Counted from the whole stretch's first letter, positions 1-13,451 are shown. The stretch: 63,862 nucleotides of DNA, filler included, from Squatina squatina (GCA_031763465.1; 4 parts of 3 records of this genome joined end to end with filler, not necessarily neighbours in it); one strand, 5' to 3'. A program made the numbers and translations. The notes: generated from the letters alone by a model not told the origin.

Positions 1-88
1 TAACTCCCCTGTTCCTCTCTGAAATAGTGCCATGGGATCTTTTATGTCCACCTGAGAAGGCAGATGGGGCCTCAGTTTAACGTCTCAT
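1..88 (-). mobile_element. SacSINE1/DeuSINE-like SINE fragment
   Basis: AATAGTGCCATGGGATCTTTTATGTCCACCTGAGA..GGGCCTCAGTTTAACGTCTCAT matches the core of the copies at 22540-22975 and 46912-47170. Confidence 0.7.
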
Positions 89-3000
89 TTGTGTCCGAAC
101 TCTCGACCCCACTCTTCCAGTTCTGGCCTCCTGTGCAGAGCCCTCTCCCTCTTCTCCACTATCAGCAGCCGAGCCTTTAGCTGCCTACTCCAGACCTCTT
201 TGCCATACTACCTTCCTCTCCACCTCATCAAAGCCCCTCTCTGTGGCCATGCATTAACTCTGCTCCTACTGCTGCTCAGTGTCATTTTCCCTCTGTGAGT
301 TACCTTAAGCTGTATGAATGTAAGGTGTTGTCTACAATGTCTCACTCTGTGCAAAGTATTTCCCTCCTCAATACATTTTTTGTGAAAGCTAATTTAGAAA
401 CAATAAATAACTCATTTTGAGCTCACTGCCAGGGTCAAAGGGTTATCCTGCACCAGAGTTCAAATGAACAAAAATATTACCCAATGAAATGGTGGGAGGA
501 GATTTGGTACTAATGTTAGATTCAAAGAACACTATTATGGGAGCAGCATTGGGTTTATTCCAGCAGGAAGCAGAACAGAATGGAATCTGTGTTCACTTTA
601 AATTATGATTAGGGAAGCTTAAGCTCCACAGTCTGCAAGGAAGAAGGTTAAGTTGAGGGGGTCCTCATGGAGGAACACCAAGCATTTAATGGTACAGAAA
701 AGTAAACCTAGGATATTACTGTTAAGTCGGGCCTGTCGGACAAGAGGAAATAGGTTTATGTTAGTGGAAAGTAAATTTAAAACAGATATAAAAAAATTTG
801 AATGATGTAATGTTTGGAGTAATCCACTAGATAAGGCAGCGGAGTGAAAGACATTAGGGAAGTTCAGGATGTAGCTGGAGCCTGGAGTGGGTGAACTGGG
901 GTATTAGATGAACCAGTTTCAATGGCTCACACGGGCCTTCATCCTTCTCAACTACTCCTCATTTTACTTTAGCTTCCTGTGAATTCAGAGTCAACCTCTG
1001 CAATGTTTTGTTTTAAAGCTTTGTTTCCATGCCGATGAGTCTAAATCCATTTTCAAACAGTTATTATGCTAAATAATATGAAGGGTAACGACTATACAGG
1101 AAAAATACCCATCGCATCACTTCATTCAAAAATGGTCAATGTGCCTCAGAACTTTCCTCTCTTGCTCCTCCTGCACTGATATCAAGATTCATCGAACCGC
1201 CTCCTACTCTAACTCCATGTTTCCTAGGACCTCAGTACATTGGAACTCCTAACCTCCCTCAGTCTTTCTTTCCTCTTACAATCTACGAGCTTTTAAAAAC
1301 CAAAGCTTGATGTCACCTAATTAGTACTTCCTGATTTACCGTAGCTTCTCTACTTTTTTGTTGTCCTGTGCTAGGGACAATGGCCCCTTCACTGGGTTCC
1401 TCAAACAATCGCTTAAATATTTTCCATTTACAGCATTGCTCGGTAGAGTCATCTCTATGAAAGATACAGTAAAGACCATGTGTGGTCACTGATTGGATTA
1501 ATGGGACCTTAAAGAACTCCTATTGAACAAGGACTAAATGGATCTGCATTTCCCATTGCAGATCTAAGTCACTAAATCTCACATACCATTTTTGAAAAAC
1601 AGACCAATCTGAAACATCAGGCTGCTGTGGGATCCTACTTCCCACTCGTTGTGAAAACCTTCAAGATTGATATTGACCACAAATTTCACCAAGTTAAGGA
1701 AGGCGACTGCAAAAAGGCCAAATATGGTGCAGCTTTGTTATCAAGATGAGCATTTGTGCTCTACATTTTGTGCTAAAATCACTATCAAAAACCAATTAAT
1801 TACATTCCCAGTAGTGAATGAGTTAGTGGGGATTCAGGAGAGCATGTTTTTTTATTGAGAAGAAGCCTTTTACAAGGCAATGAATATGTGAAGCACGTCA
1901 TGGAGGAAACTGAGATCTAAATTTTCATTCGGCCATTTTGTACAAAAACTTCACACTGCGCAGCAGAGTTAGACTTTCTGACATTTATCCGGGTGAAGTG
2001 CATCATTGGGTACTTGAGACTTGTTGAAGAATCCTCTTTACAGGTGGCAAATCACTTTGCGTAAAACATAATATTTTAACAACCAACACCTCCTATTTTA
2101 TTAACAGGCCATGAGTAGCACTAAAAAGGCTCCACTAACTCTTTGTGCATGACTGCATCTCTAGTCATTATCCAAAAGATAAACTGTTGCAGTCGTTGCT
2201 GGGTACTGATAGCAGGGAAAGGTCCGTCAGCTCTGTCAGAGTCTTGACGCCTCCAAATGTCAACATCTCCAAACCTACATTCTAATGCATTGCCTACATT
2301 GTCAAGTGCTTCTCCAAATATCAACAGGAGTTGATAAATGAGGGTTGATTCGCCGACCAGGCTCTCTTGATGAGGAGCAGAGTGTTGGGTGGGAACTTGT
2401 GAGCCAGACTAAACAGATGGGAAGGAAGGGGCTTCAGGTTCTNNNNNNNNNNNNNNNNNNNNNNNNNNNNNNNNNNNNNNNNNNNNNNNNNNNNNNNNNN
2501 NNNNNNNNNNNNNNNNNNNNNNNNNNNNNNNNNNNNNNNNNNGAGCAGGAACCCCAGCCGAGAGGGGGGAGCAGGAGATAGGGTGCTGGGATGAGGAAAG
2601 CAGGAGACAGAGAAGGGAATGGGAGAGGGGAAGCTGCAGAAATAGGGGAGCCAGAGAAAGGTCGGGTGGGAGACAAGGAGCCGGATTGACGAGCAGCACT
2701 GAAGATTGCAGTATAGACAGGAGAGCGAGACCAAGCCAGAAGTATGGACACCCTAGTACAACAACTCACATAAGGAACATCTCTCGAACAGTAAAATACA
2801 TTTCTAATCTCATACACGAGTATNNNNNNNNNNCATCTCACCTCACTGCTTTATTAAGGCCTCGTGTTATTGTGATTAAACCTTCTCCTCGCTGTCCATT
2901 TGAATCTTTCTAAAGAAAACCGACCCATGTGGTTAATCCCAGGGGTAACCTATTCAGTGGGCTTTTGTCTTCACAGTGTAGATATCTTTCCTGCACAGCT

Positions 3001-3212
3001 CAAGTGTCTTTCAACTTTTATGAATTCTATAATATTGCCTCAGCTCACCATGGTAATGGAGCTCTGCCAAGTTCAGGCTTACTGTGTTGGACATGCACAG
3101 CCAATTGCCTACAAAAGTTTTCAAAGATTGGTTTAAAGTGGTGTGTGTTGACAGCTGCTGCTACTGAAATCATTTACTTAATAAAAAAAGAGCATTTTTC
3201 TTTTGCCTTGCC

Positions 3213-3439
3213 CACACACAAACATACCCAAGCACATGCAAACACACAAGCACGCAAACACATGCAAGCACACAAGCACACAAACACATGCAAGCACACG
3301 CAAACACACAAGCATGCAAACATCCCCAAGCACATGCAAACACACAGGCACACAAACACACCCAAGCACACACAAACACACAAGCACACAAACACATGCC
3401 AACATACATGCAAACATACCCAAGCAACGCAAACACACA
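3213..3439. repeat. Compound CA-rich microsatellite/minisatellite
   Basis: Repeated CAAACACAC / AAGCAC / ACATG units running into a gap; explains the H/T- and C/V-rich ORFs here. Confidence 0.9.
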
Positions 3440-4238
3440 NNNNNNNNNNNNNNNNNNNNNNNNNNNNNNNNNNNNNNNNNNNNNNNNNNNNNNNNNNNNN
3501 NNNNNNNNNNNNNNNNNNNNNNNNNNNNNNNNNNNNNNNGGAGAGGAACATTTAATTAGGCAGTTTAAACATTAGAAAGAAAGTAAAATTGGAGGTGTTT
3601 AAAAAAAGAGACTGAATAGAGCAAAAATAGGACAGAAAATGGATAACAGTGTGAGCAGAGGTGAACCAAGTCCTAACACTTGTGGATTGTATTATTAGTA
3701 TTTATTTCAATCTCGCAGTGCTTGACCTGAAAATAAACAAAACTGCTCAGTCTAAGGAGTATGTCAGCGGTTTAAGAGTTAATTAAGTTGTTAATCATTT
3801 AGTTCAGTACTTTTTACCTGAATACTCCAGGATAATGGCACTTTTTGGCAATACTCCTCGAATATCAGTGAAGTATACAGCGTTCAGACTCATACACCAA
3901 GTTGACATCTACGATGGAGCTTTGACCATGAATTGCTTAGACAAACCTGCTCATGAAAAGCCTTTTAACAGCTGTCTCTAATGCACCATTAACACCAATC
4001 ACAATGCAGCCACACAGTAATGGACTGCGATAAAGGACACAATCGGAAAACAAGTCACGTCCCCCCCGCCCTCCGCTGGACTTGCAACGCTGCAGCTCCA
4101 CATTCAGAATTAACAGCTGCTGTTCTTAAACAGCTCTAGAACCAGTTTGGGGCAACAATCAAGTAGGGCTGGCACTGTTTGTCAAATGTAAAACCTGATG
4201 AAAGACAGAGCAGCACAGGCGTGGTGGGAGCTGGCCTG

Positions 4239-4280
4239 GGGTGCTGGGATCATGGTTTAGGGTGCTGGGATCATGGCTTG
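4239..4280. repeat. 21-bp tandem duplication
   Basis: GGGTGCTGGGATCATGGTTTA followed by GGGTGCTGGGATCATGGCTTG. Confidence 0.85.
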
Positions 4281-4573
4281 ACTTCCACTGTTTGCTTAGC
4301 TGATTATTGAAAGTTCATCGAACCTTAGTAACCCCAGAACCAATGCTTCACATCAGAAGACACTGAAGAAAATTTAGAAAAATCTGTTTTTAAAACCAAG
4401 TTCTTGGTGGCCGGTTCCTATTTTAAGAAATATTTAAAAATCTGCACCAACACACAAGGCCTTAGACTCAAAATGGTGCCAATCCTTTTTTTTAAAATGC
4501 GGCAACTCCTTCGCACTGTTCTCTCATTTATTATTTTAGCACTCCTTCAGAAAGCACCTAAATATGTTCCTAC

Positions 4574-4694
4574 CTCTGACAATCAGGTCTGCGGAGGCCG
4601 ACGTGCTGTCAACGATGGTTTGCGCGGTGCAGGTGTATTTCCCAGTATGCCTCAGCTGTGCGTTTTTAAAGAACAGCTCTCCACCAGCTCCATT
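4574..4694 (-). CDS. CNTN1: Contactin-1 internal exon (end of Ig6)
   Basis: TTTCCCACAG| acceptor and |GTAGGA donor; 121 nt encoding [40 protein letters not shown](G), closer to recalled CNTN1 [37 protein letters not shown] than to CNTN2. Confidence 0.85.
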
Positions 4695-6132
4695 CTGTGG
4701 GAAAGAACATACAAACAAAATGGTTTAGCTCCTCTGGGCGTTTGGTCTATCGTTTCCCTGCTGGGATTTGTCGTGGGATCTGCTTATTATCTCGCGCACC
4801 ATGGTACGTAACAGATGCTGACAGATGAAGTGCAAGATTGGTTGAAATTGGCATTTTAAGGAGAAACCTGGTAAGTGTCTTCCAGTCAAACTGGAATATA
4901 CTCAGCCCAGGACCAACAGTGGCCAAACAATAGACATTTATTCTGAAGACATTCATGTGGGTCTTTATTTTGAACTGATGTATTACTTAGGACAGGAGAT
5001 AGGAAGCACAGCTCAAAGTAATAAAACATATTGCTGGGCACTGAATGCATACACACACTAGTGCTAATCCTTACTTGGCTCTCACAGAGTCCAGTGTGAC
5101 AGGAAGGCACAGAGCTCAGTGCTCTGTTGCATCAGAATNNNNNNNNNNNNNNNNNNNNNNNNNNNNNNNNNNNNNNNNNNNNNNNNNNNNNNNNNNNNNN
5201 NNNNNNNNNNNNNNNNNNNNNNNNNNNNNNNNNNNNNNGTTTCATAAGCTTCAGTTTCAGAAACAGTTGCAACAATTAGTACTTTACAGCTCATTATCCA
5301 TCGCTGGTGCTCAATTTGAGGGCAAGACACAGAAGCATATGTTTTCCCTTTTCTGGCAAGCTGATTCATGTTCTGGGATTTATTTTCCTGGTTCTTCAAA
5401 TTTGGCAATAGTGTCAATTTGTTCTCAAGTAGTATTCCAGTACTTCACGGTGTTTTTGCCATGTTGCTTTGTTCCTTTGCATGGGGTGACCTGGCTTGTG
5501 TGGAAGGGTAAAAATTCTGATTAAAGTACTAAAAAGTAATATTTTGATTCTGAGGTTAGATTTTCTACCTTGAGATATTCATTGTTCTGACTGATGCCAC
5601 GCCTTCCTCTTTAGTGACACATTTTGTATTTTCACTGGTTGCCGTTAATACGATCACTTTAGAAGAGGCTAATTTCTGTGAGGGCAGATTAACACTAATA
5701 ATTTTACATAGTGAGCTCTTAAATAAATATGTCCCTTTTAATCATTTTTACTTTTCAAAAAAGAACTTTGCAACATTTAATCTAAAACTTCACAGAGCTT
5801 TTGATTATTCTCAGCAATGCACTGAAGAGCTCATCGCTTTCACACCAAGGACCTGGAGAAAGAAAGAGGTAAATATTTATACTTGCAAAAAATCCTAAAT
5901 CATTGACTATGTGTTTGGGACATTCTTACAGACTAAATATGAGGAAAAGGATTTGTCTAGAACTGCAACAGAGATAGAGAAACAAACACACTATTTCTAC
6001 TCAACAGCAGCCACAGAATGCGTAAAAGATTCACAGATATATTCATTTCTCATCTTTCTATTGTGTACAAGGATGCGAGTAGCAGCTGCAACCTTGGAAC
6101 CCTACTGTGCGAATACATGCACAGGTTCGTAC

Positions 6133-6266
6133 CCCATGCACTGGTTCTCCATTCCGGAACCATCTGTAGGTGGGCTGGGGTTTGCCTCCTGCTTCACAGG
6201 GCCAGATTAGGTCACTCTCGATATCTTGCACGGTGTCATTGATTGCCTGGATCCAGTAAGGATGAG
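6133..6266 (-). CDS. CNTN1: Contactin-1 internal exon (first half of Ig4)
   Basis: CTTTCCAG| acceptor, phase 1; (A)HPYWIQAINDTVQDIESDLIWPCEAGGKPQPTYRWFRNGEP(VHG) vs recalled CNTN1 [40 protein letters not shown]. The exon end is uncertain (6133 or 6142). Confidence 0.8.
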
Positions 6267-7243
6267 CTGGAAAGAGAAAGAAGCTAAAATTAAAATGGTG
6301 GTCCAGGGGCACTGAATCATTTCACTTTCACAAAAATACCTAATAAATTGAAAAAGGAAAACAAAATAAAATGACACCGTAATGGGTTGTTGTCAATATA
6401 TATATATTTTAATTCTTCCAAGCAAATGTTCTGTAACAAGGCAACAGTAACTATTAGAAAAAGTAACCTTCAAAGACAATCAGAAAACCAGTTAATATAC
6501 TGCTCGTCATACTTTTAATTTGAAAAACTTCAAGTCTCAAGAACAATCTTGAGGAATAAATCCAATACCCATTTAGTCACAGAATGAGGACAGATTCATT
6601 CACAAATCGGACCTCTCCTGCCACCTGAACTAATGCCAAATTAGCACCATCATAAAATGAGCCCACTGCAGAGGTAGGGTTTTGTGCCAGTGTTTAATAG
6701 GCAGTCTACCCATAGAAACTGACTATAATCCTTGCAGCCCAAATTGAATATATTTCTCATACTACAATCTCTTTGCCTGTCCACACAATCCTACCACTGT
6801 AAAAGATTCTGAAGGATGACTAGTGTGGAAAATCCAACTCAGTTAGCCTCTTGAATTGAGCGCAAGCTTTCTAACAACAGAAAAGGACCGAATGCCTTGG
6901 TAATAATACCCCAAATTAATACAAACTACAATGTTGGCAGAGGGCCACTAAACCTTCATAAACAAAATAAAAGGTTTAACCAGCAGTAGTTCTGAACAGA
7001 TCTGCAGCTAAAATAATGCAAAATCACCTCTTGCGAGGTTGCTCTGCTTTACAATGATTCAGGCCAACATCAACAGTGGATGTATATTGCACCTTGGTGC
7101 AGGCATGATAAATCCCCATGCAGTACCTGCACCAAGTGTCCTGNNNNNNNNNNNNNNNNNNNNNNNNNNNNNNNNNNNNNNNNNNNNNNNNNNNNNNNNN
7201 NNNNNNNNNNNNNNNNNNNNNNNNNNNNNNNNNNNNNNNNNNN

Positions 7244-7550
7244 GGCGTTGTCACTGCTGGTTTTAAGACTCAGCCGCCTTATAGAATTCTCCAGCGGGCG
7301 GCCATTTTTGGCGTTGTGCCCAATGATGACGTCATTGAGTCCTTCTAACGCTGAACTCTGCATTTTCAGCAGTAAAGCTTTAACGCCCATTTAGCGTCAG
7401 CATTAAGGAGGGCCGAATTTCCCATCACTAAATTTAGCGCCCAAAATCTGCGTTAAGCCCTTAAAGCTGACTTAACGCTAGATTAGCGCTGAAAAAAAGG
7501 ACGAATTAGGCGTCCTTAACACTTTTCTTGAAAAGCAAAGCGGTTCAGAG
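7244..7550. mobile_element. GC/CpG-rich non-autonomous DNA element (MITE-like) fragment
   Basis: Repeated TTAGCG/CGCTAA/TTAACG motifs, a TGACGTCA core and GAATTT motifs; resembles 36265-36650 and 13005-13275. Confidence 0.5.
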
Positions 7551-7579
7551 AGAAGAGGTGCAAAAACCAGAATTCTCAC

Positions 7580-7786
7580 CGTCAGTTTGAGGGATGAAAG
7601 GAATGTATTTGCTGAAAACGCTTTTGGAAATCGACGGGCTGGTGACAATGCAGGAGTAATTCCCCATGTCGTTCTCTTCCACTTTCGCAATGTACAGATT
7701 CCCGGTCGTCTGGGAAACAAAACGGCGCCTGCCGGACACAATGAACCGGGGGAACTCGTTGAGTAGCCAGCGATAGGTGAGGTCAT
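7580..7786 (-). CDS. CNTN1: Contactin-1 internal exon (second half of Ig2)
   Basis: CACAG| acceptor and |GTGAGA donor; 207 nt encoding (D)[68 protein letters not shown], matching recalled CNTN1 [31 protein letters not shown]. Confidence 0.9.
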
Positions 7787-8133
7787 CTGTGNNNNNNNNN
7801 NNNNNNNNNNNNNNNNNNNNNNNNNNNNNNNNNNNNNNNNNNNNNNNNNNNNNNNNNNNNNNNNNNNNNNNNNNNNNNNNNNNNNNNNNNNACAGCGTCC
7901 ATGTTGCGCATTTTACATGAATACAGAGGTTAAATGAAGGCCATTCCAGTACTCACCTGGTGATCAAATGATGACAATAGAAGAATAAGAAAAGTAAAAG
8001 GGAACATAAAGTGAGGTAAAGCAGGTTTGACAAACCTTCTAATATTGAGACCAAACATATGTAACTATATTCCTTTGAACACCCATAACAACACACTGGC
8101 ACATTTATGCAGAAAAAAAGCAGTTTCTTTTAC

Positions 8134-8248
8134 CTGTAGACTGGGGGAGGAATTGCCCGGGCTCGGCAGTTTAGTGACACTTTTGCCTCCTCAGACTCTT
8201 CTGGGTAGATGGTAGGCAGTGGTTGTTCTTCAAACACTGGTCCATGTA
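8134..8248 (-). CDS. CNTN1: Contactin-1 exon (start of Ig1); absent from the ORF track
   Basis: ATACAG| acceptor and |GTAAAA donor; [37 protein letters not shown](R) vs recalled CNTN1 [37 protein letters not shown]. Confidence 0.85.
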
Positions 8249-10063
8249 CTGTATTGTATTTAAGGAGATTTAAATACTAGGATACTATAATGGGAACAGA
8301 GTGATTTTACTGTATTGTGTCTGGACAACCTCCTCCAACCTAAAACCACTTTCAGTAAAATCTAAACTGTACAAATGAATATGCCCCATGAAGTCAGCAA
8401 AACAGAAAATGCAGCACCAGTACCTCTGCAACATTTTCCCAGTGGAACCTTGAGTAAAAATACTGCTTCATATCCTGATTTNNNNNNNNNNNNNNNNNNN
8501 NNNNNNNNNNNNNNNNNNNNNNNNNNNNNNNNNNNNNNNNNNNNNNNNNNNNNNNNNNNNNNNNNNNNNNNNNNNNNNNNNGAGCGGGCTCGACAGGCCG
8601 AATGGCCTACTCCTCCTCTTATTTCTTATGTTGTCTTGGTGATAGCTCATCATTCAATATTAACAGCACTACAAACTCTGTGCCATCTATTTTTCTTGCA
8701 GAGGAGAAACTCCAGTTAATAAATGGTGATATATCACTCCAACCCATTGCACTCGCTCACTCATCAGCAACCACTGTGGACAATGTCAAAAACACTGCGT
8801 CACTATTTTGAACTCGCTGGGCTAATTCTCAGCCATTCCAACAGTGACATAACAGCATGACCCTTCCCCCGCCCGCACAGGACAACTCAGAGCCTTCAAG
8901 ACATTTTTTTGGCAGGAACACTTTGTTCTCCAAATCTGAACAGAAAGCATTTTTTTGTGTTTCTCAGTGACAACGCCGTTGGTATGGAAAGGTATCCACC
9001 ATCGAAGAGAAAGGCAAGATTTTCCATGGGACTTTAAACGCTCCCAGTGTGCTACTGTGACTGCTCGTCAAGCCTTTTGCCAGTATTCTAACAATTGGCA
9101 TTTCTTCCAAGCCTCAAAAGTTGGCAGATCTGCTTTGTGCTTATTTTTGAACCATCAACTTCTCAAGTCACATCTGGGCAACTCTACCTCTACAATTCAC
9201 AATTAATCAAACCAATGTATTGTGGACACACAACTCACCTATGCTTGCACGTCAAACAAACTCTTTGGTCTATGGTCTTATTTTAAGTCCATAAAAGTCA
9301 ACTGGAACACAAACACATTCACAGTTTCCAAGAACTGGCAAACTTACTGTTCTCTAAGTTTCCAATTCGTCCGCACAAATCCCTGATTTCATTTTATTTC
9401 TAGTTACGAAACCAAAGTGTGCGGCCATAGTCTCCAGTACAAGATGGTCTCGAGGTTGAAAAGAGGAGACACGACATGGTGAATCAGAAGGTTGCGATTT
9501 GGTGACATCAAGCCTGGGTTTTAAAAGCTCGAAATCCCTCAGAGGAAGGAAAGACTGATGGTGGTAAGGAATTCCTTGGTCCTGAGGAGGATGAGTTGGA
9601 GTTTGAGAAGCAGCCCAAGATGGAATGTTGACCGTTAACATATTGCCTTGCACTTTATTCAATCGTTAAGGGCACTTCTGCCTGCTGATAGGGGAAGATC
9701 TGCCCATCTCCATGGAAATTAGGTGGGTCCCTCGAACAGATAGACCGCTGGTTACATGATGCCTGTTAACCAAAATAGTTTTCACCAAATCATTTATTGG
9801 AACACTTGATTTAAAGAAATCAAGAGGAATTGATTTTCCTTATATCTTCCTTGCTGGCTACTGAGAGCAATTCTTTTGGATGTGGCAGTGCTGCCAAAAT
9901 TGACTGAGCAGATGGACATTAGTGTCCAACTAACAGTGGGTAATAGCTTCTGCACTACATGGCACATGGTATGATTTTCCGTCAAATTGCTGCTAAATAT
10001 ACCTTCTGTATATATCAAACCATATAAGTGCTGATGAGAATTTTATCGCTGAATTGATTGGTT

Positions 10064-10398
10064 AAGAGGGGTTTTGATGGAGTCGATGAGGAGAAACTGT
10101 TTCCACTGCCAGGACGGTCGGTAACCAGACGACACAGATTTTCGGTAATTGGTCAAAAATCTAGGTGGGAAATTAGGACAAGTTTTTTTTTAATGCAGCG
10201 AGTTACTATGATCTAGAAATCACGGCCTGAAAGATTGAATAATAACTTTCAAAAGGAAATTGGATACATACTTGAAAAGGACAAGTTTTCAGGGCTATGG
10301 GCAAAGAAGAGGGGAGTGGATCTAATTGGACAGCTTTTTGAAAGAGCCGGCACAGGCACGATGGGCCAAGTGGCCTCCTTCTGTGCTGTGTGATTGTA
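10064..10398 (+). mobile_element. CR1 LINE 3' fragment
   Basis: Degenerate RT C-terminal region followed by the 3' tail GGCACAGGCACGATGGGCCAAGTGGCCTCCTTCTGTGCTG. Confidence 0.75.
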
Positions 10399-13004
10399 TG
10401 AATTGATTTGGTCACCTCATGGCTTCATAAAATCCAGTCTGTGTCTGTGTCTGACACATACATTCCCAGACAGTTATCTTTTTACATTATGCAAAGATCT
10501 TGCCTTTGGTGCTTCACTCATCAGGCTTGCCAAGTTTCGCCAGTGCCCACTTTTGCCACAAGAAGCAGAGATTAAAACAAAGATGGTGTTGGAAGAACAC
10601 TGGGTGGGAGTTCACTGTAGAGGAGAAAGTACAGCTAGAACCAATGGGAAGTAGCACAGGAAATGCTACAAGGCTACAAATCAAACAGATGGCGCAAATG
10701 CAGAGCACAGTTTGAACGTATTACCAATGTCAGCACAAGCCCAAAGATGAAACTGCAGTCTTTACTGACACTAAGGAATTACAGTTAAATGGTACTTGCT
10801 CTATTGATATACACTGTTTATCTTCACATTCTATCTGGAATGCAATGTTAAAAGAAGTCATGCAATACAATGAAAATCTGTAATTGTGAAACATTTTCAC
10901 ATTCTTAGCTTGAAGTAGAAAAGTTAATAGAAACCCTTACACTCGCGTGTGTGCGCACTCACACACACACACGATAAATTATGAAATTGGGTTCAATAAA
11001 TCTGATAATTTATAGGCAGGTATGAAAAGAAAGGCGACCATGAAAGCAGCCAGATTATGGTTCACAAGTGTTATTCAAGGAAGAGTACCTGCCACCCCTT
11101 CCCGGTCTGGCCTACATNNNNNNNNNNNNNNNNNNNNNNNNNNNNNNNNNNNNNNNNNNNNNNNNNNNNNNNNNNNNNNNNNNNNNNNNNNNNNNNNNNN
11201 NNNNNNNNNNNNNNNNNCAACCCGGTCCTGCTTTAACCAACTGTAGAGTCGTCCAAATGAGTCAGCAAATCTCCCTAGAAATGCGTTATTCCCGGAAAGG
11301 CTTATCCTATGGACTTTCCAAGTTATAAAAAGTACTTCAAACCTTAAAATATTGGTCATAACGTTGTGTTAACTGTACAGATCATTAGTTTATCAGCTTA
11401 CGCGTAAATGTACAATGCCCAGCCGCATTTTTACAAACACATTACAGTAAGGACAGATACATTAAGATTGGATGTTCTCACACATAGAACATGTCATGCT
11501 GATATACAAATATTCCTCCTTCTGCAGAAATACAAGTACAGCATTTTAATGTCAAGAAAGCAGCCAAAAGACCAAAACCTTCTATGGATTGTAGGCACAC
11601 ATAATGCTACACTACGCGTCCAAAACTAATGTGGACTTTTACGGTGACCATATTTACTATTGACAGACACGAGACATATTGCATTAAGACTAAAAATGAA
11701 CAAATAGGTGTTAGCTGATGTTAAAGACCTGGAAGAATTGGTAATGAAATCTTAAATGCATCAAGCGTTGGTCAGCGTGATCTTTTCATTAACTGCTGCA
11801 TGCTTTTTTCTTTGGATTAATTCTTGCAACATCCAACTTGAATCTCTGAGAATGCAATTTCCTGAGCAGTTGTGACTTCCAGCCTACTCATCCACACCTA
11901 CTCCTCCAGGCATCTTTCAATGTGTCACACACATCATTATATAGCAATCAAACACTCATAGAACGGCACCAGTTGTCTCTGCACCTCGACGAGAATTTAT
12001 AATGCAATCCAAGTTTAAAAGATTGCAATCGAGCAAGTAAATGCAGGTCGCTCCATTTAACGGATAGACTGCTAAGAAGTTATTTGGGAAATTGCGACTA
12101 GAAGTCGTTCAACAGGAAACTACATGGAATACGATTGTCTCTGCACGCAAATCCGTATCGAGACTTCTCTTGGCCCAAAAGGAGTGGCTGTTGCTTAATG
12201 CTGGCCACATGGAGACCATCTCTGGCTCCAGCCAATGACAGTCCCATTCTCTCGCAGAGTTGTGAATGGCAGTGCAGCTATGGCAAGTGATAATCATTTT
12301 ACACCAAAAAAGGAACAATCTGGAAGCAAGCAGGAGGCGTTGCATGAAAACAGACAGTCCTTTGGCTTTATTGTGCCTGCACGTCTTGAGTTCCCAACAG
12401 CCTTCCCACAATGCACTTCCTGTAATGGACAGCCAGAAGACAATACCCATTTAGTCAAAATCTGTCAAATATATCAGTGGTTTCTGGATAGGTTTCAATG
12501 TCAACAAACATGGTTTTGTTTTTCACTTAATTTATATCCCATTTACCACCTGTGGCCACTCTGAGTGAGGTTGCGAGTTATTGCTGAACCACAGCCAGGT
12601 TTGTGTAGTAGGCCCATGTCCACTCGGAACTGGACTAAGACTGCCCACTTTCATTTCACTTAAGACTCTTAACATCCAGCAGAGAAGACATTCATCGCAT
12701 CAACCGATGATGGATTTTGACCCGGGTCCTAGAGATGAAACGCTAATGTGTAACCCACTGACCCAGCAGTTGGAGGGATGCTCACATTTCTCTTAAAGTC
12801 CTGGCATGATATGAGATAAATAAACACCTGATAGCCAATGCTTCTCTTATCTCTAGCTTCCAGACTCTCGACTTTATTGCAAGCTTTCGCGACCCTCACT
12901 CTTTTATTGATACTACTAGGTGTATAGTTGCACTGAATTTTACATAATGCAGCATGTTGCATGTTCATTCTCCTCTTCAAACGCTTACTATGTTGAAATC
13001 AAGG

Positions 13005-13275
13005 GGGAGAAATTCAGCTGCTTTGCGCTTCCCGTTAGCACCTGAGCGAGTTAGTGACCCGGCACGCCAAATTCACCAATGCCCGCGAATTTCAGTGCCG
13101 GTTTAGCACTGGTGCTAACTCTTACCACCTGGGCTTCTAGCGCCTCATAGGTCACAGCGCCCCGTTACCGCTCCAGATGTGAAATTGCCTCACACCCCCT
13201 GGTGCATCGCCGGGTGTCAAGAACCGCAGCAAGAGGAGGCATTATGAACTCGGCTGGCTGCTTGGGGAGTGGGAA
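13005..13275. mobile_element. GC-rich MITE-like DNA element fragment
   Basis: Begins GGGGGAGAAATTC; CpG-rich TTAGCG/GCGCC/GTTACCGC motifs like 61202-61920. Confidence 0.45.
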
Positions 13276-13451
13276 TTATAGAGAATGGTTTTCAGGTTGG
13301 CCAACCTTTATTATTTGCACTAGCCTGATGCCTGTTGAAAGTTTTTGATGTTTCATGGCTGCAAGATATCCAAGCCCTCCACTTTGTAATGGCAGTCCTG
13401 CAGGTCCCCTTGGAACACAGAACAGCTGACAAGTAGGGGTTTTTAAAAAAT

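Noticed and set aside
3170-3575. His/Thr-rich and Cys/Val-rich ORFs
   Set aside because: They are translations of a CA-rich simple repeat.
12200-12450. Possible conserved non-coding element or exon (also 22270-22440)
   Set aside because: Unique-looking sequence with no recognisable peptide or splice pair; conservation cannot be judged from one sequence.
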